A program made the position numbers and the translations under genes. Below are positions 18,911 through 27,416 of a stretch of 60,003 nucleotides of DNA, piece after piece. Origin of the DNA: Thermoleophilia bacterium. GTDB lineage: Bacteria; Actinomycetota; Thermoleophilia; UBA2241. The notes under the pieces are model-generated. The model ran no database searches. It was not told the origin of the DNA and saw only the letters and a program-made list of their open reading frames with translations. The DNA is taken from positions 1-60,003 of the forward strand of contig JAFGAW010000009.1 of the NCBI GenBank assembly GCA_016933475.1. The letters are read 5' to 3'. Numbering within the stretch: the first letter of the stretch is position 1; each line of letters begins with the position of its first letter.

Positions 18911-19549
18911 GGCTCCGTCGCGCGCCTGCTCGAGCGCGTGCCGGATCAGCCCGGCCCAGTACTGCAGCACGGGCTCGACGTCGAAGGTCTGGTCTGCGGC
19001 GTACTGCATGGCGAGTCCGTCGCAGACCGCGACCGTCAGCGCCGTCAGGAGGCGCAACCGCTCGCGCAGCTCGTCGTCGGCCTCGGGCTCGAGGGCGTAG
19101 ATGTCGAGCTCGCGGTACCAGTCGAAGAGCTCCGCCATGCGCGGCCACAGGCTGGGGTCGCGGATGAGGTTGGGAAAGAGGTCGAAGAACAACCGGTACT
19201 GGCGCAGGTTGGTGACCACGCGCAGATGCTGTGCGATGAGGATGTCGACGCGGTCGTGGTCGGGGCTCGCCTTCGAGAGCTCGCGCAGCAGGCGGATGTT
19301 CTCGTCGTGCACGACCGAGTCGGCGAGCGCCCCGACGAGCCCCGCCTTGTTGCCGAAGTGGTAGCGGATCGAGGCCTTGTTCTCGCCGGCCTCGGCGGCG
19401 ATCGCCTCGAGGGTGAGGCCTTTGAAGCCCTCGCGGCCGAGCACGCGCCGCGCGGCGGCGAGGATGCGCCGCGCGGTCGGCGACAGCTCGGCCGCCGCGT
19501 CGTGCGTGACCAGGCTTGCGCCCCGGACGCGGATCCCGTTGTCGGTCAT
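18884..19549 (-). CDS. TetR/AcrR family transcriptional regulator, divergent from the methylamine island
   Basis: RRILAAARRVLGREGFKGLTLEAIAAEAGENKASIRYHFGNKAGLVGAL (TetR HTH). I chose the ATG at 19549 (MTDNG...). The ORF extends to 19630. Confidence 0.85.
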   Translation of the reverse strand: MTDNGIRVRGASLVTHDAAAELSPTARRILAAARRVLGREGFKGLTLEAIAAEAGENKASIRYHFGNKAGLVGALADSVVHDENIRLLRELSKASPDHDRVDILIAQHLRVVTNLRQYRLFFDLFPNLIRDPSLWPRMAELFDWYRELDIYALEPEADDELRERLRLLTALTVAVCDGLAMQYAADQTFDVEPVLQYWAGLIRHALEQARDGAGVPAGDGP

Positions 19550-19640
19550 CGGCGGTGCTCTCCGTCGGTCGTGGCCCCTGAGCGGTCGCGCCGAAGCGGG
19601 CGGCCATTCTCCCTGTGCAGCCTGCCCCATCGTCGCGCTG

Positions 19641-19668
19641 TTGACAACCCCCCGGGGCGGCCTAGAAT
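19641..19668 (+). promoter_or_regulatory. Near-consensus sigma-70-type promoter facing the methylamine island
   Basis: TTGACA (19641-19646), 16 nt, TAGAAT (19663-19668). It is about 190 nt upstream of the SBP ATG and about 90 nt from the divergent TetR start. Confidence 0.5.
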
Positions 19669-19860
19669 TGCCGCGAAGTTATCCAACCGGATGAATAGAC
19701 GGTCGGACGACTTCGACAGGGGGCCGGGCTCAGCCCGGCGGCCTCGACGAGGACGTGGCGTGACCCGTGCGACCAGTGCCCGGATCGTCACGCGCGCCTC
19801 GCCAGGGCACAGTCCGAGGTGCCCTCGTGCGCCCGCGCGAGGGCGGGAGAAGGGGGAAGG

Positions 19861-21051
19861 ATGACCGGCACTAGCAGACCTCCGGGGGGCGGCGCGCGCG
19901 ACGAGCTCGACAAGATCACCGGCGCGGTCGCGCGCGGCGAGCTCACGCGGCGGCAGTTCATCGAGCGCGGTGTGGCGCTCGGCCTCTCGGTGGGGGCGCT
20001 CGGCGCGGTCCTCGCCGCCTGCGGCGACGAGGAGACCGCCGAGGAGACGCCGCAGGCCTGGGACACCACGCTGCCCGAGCAGATCCACATCTACAACTGG
20101 TCCGACTACATGTCGCCGGAGTGCCTCGAGAACTTCGAGGCCGAGTACGGCGTCAAGGTCCGCGAGAGCTACTACGACGGCAACGAGTCGATGTACGCCA
20201 AGCTGCAGGCCGGGGCGACCGGGTACGACGTCATCTTTCCCACCGACATGTGGGTCACGATCCTGCGCAAGAGCGACCTGCTCCAGCCGCTCGATATGGC
20301 ACTGATCCCGAACTTCGCCAACGTCACCCAGGCGGTCTTCCAGAAGCCGGCCTTCGACAACCCCGACACCCAGGACGGCGAGAAGTACTCGGTGCCGTAC
20401 ATGTTCGGCACGACCGGCTACGCCGCGACGCTGGCCAAGGTGCCGGCGCCGCAGGACTCGTGGGGCCAGCTCTGGGACCCGGCCTACAAGCGCCAGATCT
20501 CGATGCTCAACGCTCCGCGCGAGACGCTCGGGGTCGGGCTCATCAAGCTCGGCTACTCGCCGAACACGACGAGCCAGGAGGAGCTCGACCAGGCGGTGCA
20601 GCAGCTGATCGACCAGAAGCCCCTGGTGCTCAAGTACGACTCCACGAACACGCGGCGCAGCATCGTCGAAGGCCTCGCCCTGACCCACTGCTGGGACGGC
20701 GACGTCGCCTTGGCGATCAAGGCGATCCCGGCGGAGGACGTCAGCTACATGCTGCCCAGCGAGGGCTACATCGTGTGGGCCGACGGCATCGCGATCCCCA
20801 AGTCGGCCCCCAACCCGTACGCCGCCCACCTCTTCCTCAACTTCATGCTCGACCCGAAGAACGTGGGCGCGGCGGCCGACTACATCGGCTACCAGCCGGT
20901 CGTGACCGCGGGCATGGACTACGTGACCAACGAGACCCAGGTGGCGATGCGCCCGACCGACGACGTCATCGAGGCCGGCGCGCTGGCCGAAGACGTCGGC
21001 GACTTCCAGCGCAACTACGACGACGCCTGGCGCGAGGTCGTGAGCGCCTGA
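19861..21051 (+). CDS. PotD/PotF-family periplasmic amine-binding protein with a Tat-type signal and lipobox
   Basis: TRRQFIERGVALGLSVGALGAVLAACG (twin-Arg plus LAAC), then IHIYNWSDYMSPECLENFEAEYGVKV...YDVIFPTDMW...YSVPYMFGTTG.... No permease or ATPase genes adjacent. Confidence 0.85.
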   Translation: MTGTSRPPGGGARDELDKITGAVARGELTRRQFIERGVALGLSVGALGAVLAACGDEETAEETPQAWDTTLPEQIHIYNWSDYMSPECLENFEAEYGVKVRESYYDGNESMYAKLQAGATGYDVIFPTDMWVTILRKSDLLQPLDMALIPNFANVTQAVFQKPAFDNPDTQDGEKYSVPYMFGTTGYAATLAKVPAPQDSWGQLWDPAYKRQISMLNAPRETLGVGLIKLGYSPNTTSQEELDQAVQQLIDQKPLVLKYDSTNTRRSIVEGLALTHCWDGDVALAIKAIPAEDVSYMLPSEGYIVWADGIAIPKSAPNPYAAHLFLNFMLDPKNVGAAADYIGYQPVVTAGMDYVTNETQVAMRPTDDVIEAGALAEDVGDFQRNYDDAWREVVSA

Positions 21052-21063
21052 CGACGACACGGC

Positions 21064-21102
21064 GGCCGGCGCGGCGCCGGCAGCGGGCGCGCCGCGCCGG
21101 CC
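21064..21102 (+). terminator. Hairpin between the SBP gene and mtbB (possible attenuator or partial terminator)
   Basis: 14-bp perfect stem GGCCGGCGCGGCGC / GCGCCGCGCCGGCC with an 11-nt loop. Confidence 0.35.
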
Positions 21103-21151
21103 GGCCACGACCACGGCAAGGTCCACGACAGGGAGAGGACGGGAGAGGGGC

Positions 21152-22576
21152 TTGGACGACAGGATACTGACCCGCATGGGTGACGGGTCGCTCGTCGAGA
21201 CGACGCGCGCCCAGCTGCGCGCCGACATCGAAGACGGCACCCAGCAGGCGGTGCGCCGCGCAAAGGTGCCGCCGCTCGAGCAGGGCGAGCTCGACCACCT
21301 CGAGGACATCTTCTGCTCGAACGCGCGCTTCACCGGCGTCGACCTGGGCGACGAGGTCATCTTGAGCTACGACGGCTCGGGCAACGCCGACCTCGGCTCG
21401 CGCATGACCGAGATGCTCGCCTACCAGACGCACCAGGGCGCCGACATGCTCGAGCTCTGGCACATCGACTACTCGTACAAGGCGATCAAGACGATCCTCT
21501 CGTTCGAGGCTCATGAGATGAAGATGAGCCAGCTCAACCTGACGGTCCCCATGCAGTACGGGGCCATGCCCGACCTGGGCCGGTACTCGAAGCCCGACGG
21601 GCCCATTCCCAACTGGTCCGAGCTCATGCCCCTGGGCCGCATCGAGGAGGCGCGGGCGGCGCAGCTCGAGGCCGGCGAGATGGCCACGCACGACATGCTC
21701 TTCGTCGCCGACGGCATGGTCGAGGCGGGCACCGACGGCCTCGACTTCGACACCGCCGGCGCGGCCGGCGACGGCGACTTCCTCGCCACCCTCAACGCGG
21801 TCGAGAAGATCCGCGCGAAGCACCCGCACGTCGGCATCGAGATCGGCATGGCGAGCGAGTTCGTGCTCGGCATGCACGGCGAGCTCGAGTACAGGGGCGA
21901 GCGGCTTGCCGGCATGTGGCCGCACCAGCAGGTCAAGGCGGTGGCGGCGGCCGGCGGTACGATCTTCGGGCCGGCCGTCAACGTCAACACGCGCAAGTCG
22001 GTAGCCTGGAACGTGAGCCGCGCCTGCACCTTGGTGAAGCGCTGCTGCGAGGAGTCGACGATCCCCGTGCACATGAACGTCGGCATGGGCGTCGGCGGCG
22101 TGCCGATGACCGCGTACCCGCCGGTCGACGCCGTCTCGCGGGTCTCGAAGGCGCTCGTCGACGTGACCCGCATGGACGGCTTGTAGGTCGGCGTGGGCGA
22201 CCCTGTGGGCATGTCGCTGGCCCACACGCTCGCCTCGGGCATGGGCGGGATGCGCGCCGCCGGAGACCTGGTGGCGCGCATGCAGATGACCCGGGGGATG
22301 CGGCTCAGTGAGGCCAAGGAGTACGTCGCCGGGAGGCTCGGCGTCTCGACCCTCGACCTCGTCGACCCCGTCGTCATGCACGATGTGCGCGCAGAGCTGG
22401 GCCTCGGGCGCATCACCGTGCAGGAGCTGACCTACGCCGACCAGCCCTACGCGATCGAGGCCAAGTTCCGGATCAGCGAGGTGCTGGACATCCCGATCAA
22501 CAGCGTCGAGCGCTTCGCCGCGCGCGCCGGGCTGGGGGCGCCGCGCGTGTCCGCCGCCGGCGGCGCGGCGGGCTGA
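21152..22576 (+). CDS. mtbB: Dimethylamine:corrinoid methyltransferase with an in-frame amber (pyrrolysine) codon
   Basis: ORFs 21152..22186 and 22193..22576 are in the same frame, separated by TAG plus GTC GGC. Joined length is 474 aa. Blocks as I remember MtbB: RMGDG, YGAMPDLGRY..PDGP, FDTAGAAGDGD, GMHGELEY.G..LAGMWPHQQ, MGMGVGGVPM, DGL-TAG-VGVGDPVGM..AH..ASGMGGMRAAGDLVARM, EAKEYVAGRLGV. TTG start. Confidence 0.9.
22184..22186 (+). other. In-frame UAG, predicted pyrrolysine codon of mtbB (codon 345)
   Basis: GGC TTG TAG GTC GGC. The flanking protein sequence is conserved on both sides. Confidence 0.85.
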
Positions 22577-22594
22577 GACCCCGGAGGTGCTTGA

Positions 22595-24064
22595 GTGAAA
22601 CGCAATCTGCACGCAGGACATCGCCGTAGCGGGGGGTTCAGCCTCAACGTGTTCACCGAGGCCGAGATGGACTCGATCCACCTCGCGACCCTCGAGGTGC
22701 TGGAGCGCACCGGTGTCTTCGTCGAGGCCGACGAGGCGATCGACATCTTCACCGACGCCGGCTGCCACGTGGACCGTGAGCGGCGCGTCGTCAAGATCCC
22801 GCCGCACCTGGTCGAAGACGCGATCCGCTCGGCGCCGAGCCGCTTCACGCTCTGCGGGCGCGACCCGAAGAACGACTTCGTCATGGAGCCGGGTCGCGTC
22901 GCCTTCACCAACTTCAGCGAGGGCATCCGCCTGATCGACCCGTTCACCGGCGAGTACCGCGACCCGACCAAGAAGGACATCGGGGACATCGCCCGGCTCA
23001 ACGATTACCTCAGCGAGATGGACACGCACGAGATCTCGGTCGGGGCCAGCGACGCGCCCGCCGAGACGATCTCCGTGCACAACAGCGAGCAGCAGCTCCT
23101 CAACACCACCAAGCCGATCGGTATCGGTCCGCTCTCGCGGATGGAGAGCATCGCCGTCTTCCGCATGTGCGCCGAGATCGTCGGCGGCGAGGACGCGCTG
23201 CGCGAACGCCCCATCGTCTACAACGGCGTCTGCCCGGTGAGCCCGCTCAAGCTGCCGCACGAAGTCACCGAGGTGATCATCGAGACGGCGCGCTGGGGTC
23301 TGCCCTGCAACGTGCTCTCGATGGCCATGGCGGGGGGCTCCTCACCGGTGACCCTGGCCGGCACGATGGTCACGCACAACGCCGAGGTCCTCGCCGGCAT
23401 CACGCTCTCGCAGCTTGCCGAGCGCGGCGTCCCGGTCATCTACGGCAGCTCGACCACGGCCATGGACCTCAAGCTCGCCGCCGCCAGCGTCGGTACGCCC
23501 GAGCTCGCCATGGTCAGCGCCGCCGTGGCGCAGATGGCGCGCCGCTACCTGCTGCCGAGCTTCGTGGCGGGGTTGTAGGCTGACTCCAAGGTCGGTGACG
23601 CGCAGACCGGTCACGAGAAGACCCTCACCGGGATACTGGCAGCGTTGGCAGGGGCCAACCTGATCTACGGGGCGGGGATGATCGAATCGGGCGTCACCTT
23701 CGACTGCGGGCAGTTCGTCATGGACAACGAGTTCGCGCGCATGATCAAGCACAGCGTCATGGGCATCCCGGTCGACGACGAGACCCTGGCGGTGGAGGAC
23801 ATCGCCACGGTCGGTCCGTTCGGGGATTTCCTCAGCCTGGATGCGACGCTGAAGCACATGCGCACGCTCAGCCAGCCCGCACACCTCGACCGCCGCGTGC
23901 GCGAAGACTGGCAAGACCGCGGCGCCACCGACCTGTATGCTCGCTGTACCGCCGAGGCGCGGCAGATCATCGAGGAGTACCGGCCCGAGCCGCTGCCCGA
24001 CGACGTGGCGCAGCGTATCCACGACATCGTGGAGGAGACCGACCGGGCGGCGGGTGTAGCCTGA
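22595..24064 (+). CDS. mttB: Trimethylamine:corrinoid methyltransferase with an in-frame amber (pyrrolysine) codon
   Basis: ORFs 22595..23578 and 23645..24064 are in the same frame. The 22 codons between them are all sense (ADSKVGDAQTGHEKTLTGILAA). Joined length is 489 aa. Blocks: CPVSPLKL, NVLSMAMAGGSSPVTLAGTMVTHNAEVLAG, YGSSTTAMDLK, SFVAGL-TAG-ADSKVGDAQTGHEKT, IYGAGMIESG, GIPVDDETLAVE. GTG start after GGAGG. Confidence 0.9.
23576..23578 (+). other. In-frame UAG, predicted pyrrolysine codon of mttB (codon 328)
   Basis: GGG TTG TAG GCT GAC. This is the same TTG-TAG-G context as in mtbB. Confidence 0.85.
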
Positions 24065-24145
24065 GACCGACCGGGCGGCGGGTGTAGCCTAGGCCCACAA
24101 CAGGGTCGCGGGTGTAACCTGAGACCTACCGGACGGCGGCGCCCG
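24035..24145. repeat. Tandem 28-30-nt repeat (2 perfect units plus about 1.5 degenerate) that duplicates the mttB 3' end including its stop
   Basis: GAGACCGACCGGGCGGCGGGTGTAGCCT at 24035-24062 and 24063-24090, then AGGCCCACAACAGGGTCGCGGGTGTAACCT, then GAGACCTACCGGACGGCGGCG.... It fills most of the mttB-to-corrinoid-gene spacer. Confidence 0.85.
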
Positions 24146-24193
24146 CGACGGGGCGGGCGCCGCCACCCGAGACCGACGACAAGGAGACAGGAC

Positions 24194-24829
24194 GTGAGCG
24201 ACCAGTACGGACCACTGAAGCAGGCTGTGATCGACGGCAACGCCGACCTGACGAACGCGCTGGTCCAGGCGGCCCTCGCCCAGGGGGCCGCTGCGAAGGA
24301 GATCCTCGAGGGCGCCCTTCTGCCCGGCATGGCGGTCGTCGGCGAGCGCATGAAGAGCGGCGAGTGCTTCATCCCCGAGGTGCTGCTCTCGGCGCGCGTG
24401 ATGCAGGGCGCCCTGGACGCATTGAGGCCCCTGCTCGCCGAGGGCGAGGGCGGCGGCCTCGGCACCGTGGTCATCGGCACGGTCGAGGGCGACTTGCACG
24501 ACATCGGCAAGAACCTCGTCGGCATGATGCTCTCGGGTGCCGGATTCGAGGTCATCAACCTCGGCACGGGCATCACCCCGGCGCAGTTCGTCGCCGCCGC
24601 CGAGGAGCACGGGGCGACGATCGTCGGCATGAGCGCCCTGCTCACGACCACGATCCCGCGCATGAAGGAGACCATCGACGCCCTCGCCGCCGCAGGGCTC
24701 AGGGACAAGGTCAAGGTCATGATCGGCGGCGCCCCCGTCACCCAGGCCTTCGCCGACGAGATCGGCGCCGACGGCTACGGCGCCAACGCCGGCGCCGCCG
24801 TCGACCGTGCCAAGTCCCTGGTGAAGTGA
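24194..24829 (+). CDS. Methyltransferase cognate corrinoid protein (B12-binding, MttC/MtbC type)
   Basis: N-terminal helical cap, then the B12-binding domain with VVIGTVEGDLHDIGKNLV (DxHxxG), MSALLTTT, VKVMIGGAP. GTG start after AAGGAG. Confidence 0.9.
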   Translation: MSDQYGPLKQAVIDGNADLTNALVQAALAQGAAAKEILEGALLPGMAVVGERMKSGECFIPEVLLSARVMQGALDALRPLLAEGEGGGLGTVVIGTVEGDLHDIGKNLVGMMLSGAGFEVINLGTGITPAQFVAAAEEHGATIVGMSALLTTTIPRMKETIDALAAAGLRDKVKVMIGGAPVTQAFADEIGADGYGANAGAAVDRAKSLVK

Positions 24830-26286
24830 TGCCGGAGGCCTCCGCCCCGGGGCGCCTGGCGCCCCGCGTCAGCATGCTCACCGACGACGCGTTCGTCTAT
24901 GTGCACGGGCAGACGCTCGAGCTGCTGGCGACCGTCGGCGTCCGTTTCGCAAGCGCCCGCGCCCGCGCGCTGCTGCGCGAGGCGGGCGCCCGCGTCGACG
25001 ACGACAGCATGGTGGTCCGCATCCCGGCCGAGCTCGTCGAGCGGGCCGTGGCCTCGGCGCCGCACGACGTGCTGCTCGCCGCCCGCGACGGTGAGCACGA
25101 CGCCCTGCTCGACCGCTCGCGCACCTTCGTGGGCCACGACGGCATGGGCGCCATGACGATGGACCACCGCACCGGCGAGCGCCGGCCGTCCACCGACCAG
25201 GACCTCTACGAGGCCTGCGTCGTCGCCGACGCCCTCGACGAGCTCGGCTTCTGCTGGTACGTGGCGACGCCCAACGACGCCGTGCCCGCCGTGCAGTCGC
25301 TGCAGGGCATCGTCACGATGCTTCGCGGCTCGGGCAAGCACGCCCAGGGCGACCTCAGCGACCCCCTCCTCGTGCCGTACGCGCTCGAGGCGGCGGCGGC
25401 GGCGAGCCCCGGCGGCGTGTGGGACCCGGCGAGGCCGGTCTTCTCGATCGTCTACTGCCCGGTCTCGCCGCTGCAGCACGACCCCGAGGCCCTCGACGCC
25501 GCTATGCTGCTCGCCGAGCACGGCGTGCCGATCGTCGTCTACAGCCTCGCCCTCGCGGGGGCGACGGCGCCGATCACCCTCGCCGGCACCATCGTGCAGA
25601 CCAACGCCGAGATCCTCAGCGGCCTCGTCGCCCTGCAGCTCGCGGCTCCCGGCAGCCCCTTCGTCTATGTCGGCAACTCGAGCATCCTCGACATGAAGAC
25701 CTCCACCTACGGCGCCTGCGGGCCCGAGGCGCTGCTCTTCAACCTCGCGCTGACCGAGATGGGGCACCGCTACGGCTTCCCCGTGCTCTCCGGCGGCCTG
25801 TCGAGCGACGCCAAGGAGCTCTGCATGCAGTCGGGGTACGAGGGCGGCACGATGGCGCTCCTCAGCACTCTCGCCCACGCCGACCTCTTCGTCGGCGTCG
25901 GCATGCTTGACTCGGCGCAATTCCTCTACCTGCCGAAGATGGTGCTCGACGCCGAGGTCGTCGCCCAGTGTGCCCACGTGGCGCGCGGCGTGCAGCTGGA
26001 CGACGAGAGCGTGATGCTCGAGGTGTCGGCGCGGATCGGCCCGGGCGGTCACTTCCTCGGTGCCCGCGAGACGCGGTCCTTCCTGCGCCGGGGAGAGCAC
26101 TACCAGCTCAAGGTGTTCCAGCGCGGCTCCTACGAGGCCTGGCGGGCACAGCCGGTCCCCGAGGCCGAGCGCGCGACGGCCGTGGTCGACGACATCCTCG
26201 CCACGCACCGGCCGCCGGCGTTGCCGGTGGGCGCCGAGGAGCGCATGGCCGCGGCCGTGGCCGCCGCCGCGGAGGGGCGCGGCTAG
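24829..26286 (+). CDS. MttB-superfamily methyltransferase, non-pyrrolysine paralog, translationally coupled to the corrinoid protein
   Basis: The ATG overlaps the corrinoid-gene TGA (ATGA). VYCPVSPLQHDPEALDAAMLL...LAGATAPITLAGTIVQTNAEILSG.... VLSGGLSSDAKE sits at the Pyl region, with no TAG. Stop is TAG. Confidence 0.85.
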   Translation: MPEASAPGRLAPRVSMLTDDAFVYVHGQTLELLATVGVRFASARARALLREAGARVDDDSMVVRIPAELVERAVASAPHDVLLAARDGEHDALLDRSRTFVGHDGMGAMTMDHRTGERRPSTDQDLYEACVVADALDELGFCWYVATPNDAVPAVQSLQGIVTMLRGSGKHAQGDLSDPLLVPYALEAAAAASPGGVWDPARPVFSIVYCPVSPLQHDPEALDAAMLLAEHGVPIVVYSLALAGATAPITLAGTIVQTNAEILSGLVALQLAAPGSPFVYVGNSSILDMKTSTYGACGPEALLFNLALTEMGHRYGFPVLSGGLSSDAKELCMQSGYEGGTMALLSTLAHADLFVGVGMLDSAQFLYLPKMVLDAEVVAQCAHVARGVQLDDESVMLEVSARIGPGGHFLGARETRSFLRRGEHYQLKVFQRGSYEAWRAQPVPEAERATAVVDDILATHRPPALPVGAEERMAAAVAAAAEGRG

Positions 26287-27236
26287 AGCACGCCCTCGAG
26301 CACGGCGAGCATCACGCCGGCCAGCGTGACCAGGGCGGCGGCGACCAGCCGCGCACGCACGCGCTCGCCCAGGGCGACGAAGCCGAAAGCAATGGCGAAG
26401 ACCGGCGTCGTCGCCATGATGAGCATGGTCAGCACGGGACCGATGTGCTGGACGCAGAGGTAGAAGAGCACGGTCACGAAGGTCTCGAGCGCCCCGGTGA
26501 CGGCGATCAGCCGTACGGCGGTGCGGCGCTGTGCGGGTGACAGGGCACGCGGTGTCAGCGGTATGCGACGCAGCACGATGATCGCCCCCAGGATCGCCAT
26601 GCCGAGCACCTGACTCTGGATCATCATCGTCGCTGTGACGCGCCCGTACGTCTGGCTCGCGAGGTCGATGAGGATGGGGCCGAGGCCCCAGCCGGCCGCG
26701 GTGACGAGCGACAGGACGATGACCACGGCGCGCGGGGTGGCCGGGCCGCCGGCGGCCGCCGGCGGCCCGGCCACCCCCGGCTCGAACGCCGGCCCGCCGA
26801 GGGCGTCCACGGTGACGTCCGGCTCGTCCTCCATCCAGCGCGAGATCAGGACGACGCCGGTCATGACCAGGACCAGGCCGACGAGCGTGGGTGCGCCGAG
26901 CGCCGCCCCGAGGATCGCGAAGGCGAAGAGCGCGGTCCAGACCGGGTCGGTGCTGGCGATGGGCGCGACCACGCTGACCTTGCCGACGCGCAGGGCGTAG
27001 TAGTAGGTGCTGAACGCGATCAGCCAGGTCACGATCGACGAGACGGCGATGTAGCCGGCTGCAGCCCAGTTGCTGCCGAAGCCGTTGGACCAGAGCCCGA
27101 GCACGGTGATGGGCACGGTGAGCATGGTGATGCCGATCGCGGACACGCCGCGCAGGAAAAAGTTCAGGGCCAGCGGACTGATGTACTCGAGCGTCCGCTT
27201 GTTGACGATGATGACGACCGCCCAGAGCGCCGTCAT
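26283..27236 (-). CDS. EamA/DMT-family transporter
   Basis: Two EamA-like halves of 4-5 TM helices each, joined by a Pro/Ala-rich loop. The start is uncertain: ATG 27236 truncates TM1, so the true start may lie up to about 27290 on a non-ATG codon. The stop TAG shares a CTAG with the convergent gene. Confidence 0.7.
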   Translation of the reverse strand: MTALWAVVIIVNKRTLEYISPLALNFFLRGVSAIGITMLTVPITVLGLWSNGFGSNWAAAGYIAVSSIVTWLIAFSTYYYALRVGKVSVVAPIASTDPVWTALFAFAILGAALGAPTLVGLVLVMTGVVLISRWMEDEPDVTVDALGGPAFEPGVAGPPAAAGGPATPRAVVIVLSLVTAAGWGLGPILIDLASQTYGRVTATMMIQSQVLGMAILGAIIVLRRIPLTPRALSPAQRRTAVRLIAVTGALETFVTVLFYLCVQHIGPVLTMLIMATTPVFAIAFGFVALGERVRARLVAAALVTLAGVMLAVLEGVL

Positions 27237-27416
27237 GACGAACGCGGCCAGCGTCCAGACGACGTACGTGCTCGAGATCGTCGCACCTCCGGGTCGCGCC
27301 GTGAGGGGGTCACGGTGGCCTGCCGATTCTATCGCAGGCACTGCGCCGGGAGACCGCCGCGCACGGCGCGCCGCGAAGGATATAATCCGGGCCGTTGCGT
27401 CGGGGGGAGGAGAGGC

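Noticed and set aside
19641-19655. GTTGACAAC / CCCCGGGG palindromes at the island promoter as the TetR operator.
   Set aside because: They are very short (9 and 8 nt), and one is simply the -35 hexamer with its flanks. I cannot tell them apart from chance, so I kept only the promoter call.
22187-22260. A PYLIS-like stem-loop downstream of the two Pyl codons.
   Set aside because: Only short (5-6 bp) stems are visible (GTGGGC...GCCCAC after the mtbB TAG, GTGAC...GTCAC after the mttB TAG). They are not similar to each other and are no stronger than expected in GC-rich coding DNA. I cannot support a recoding element by eye.
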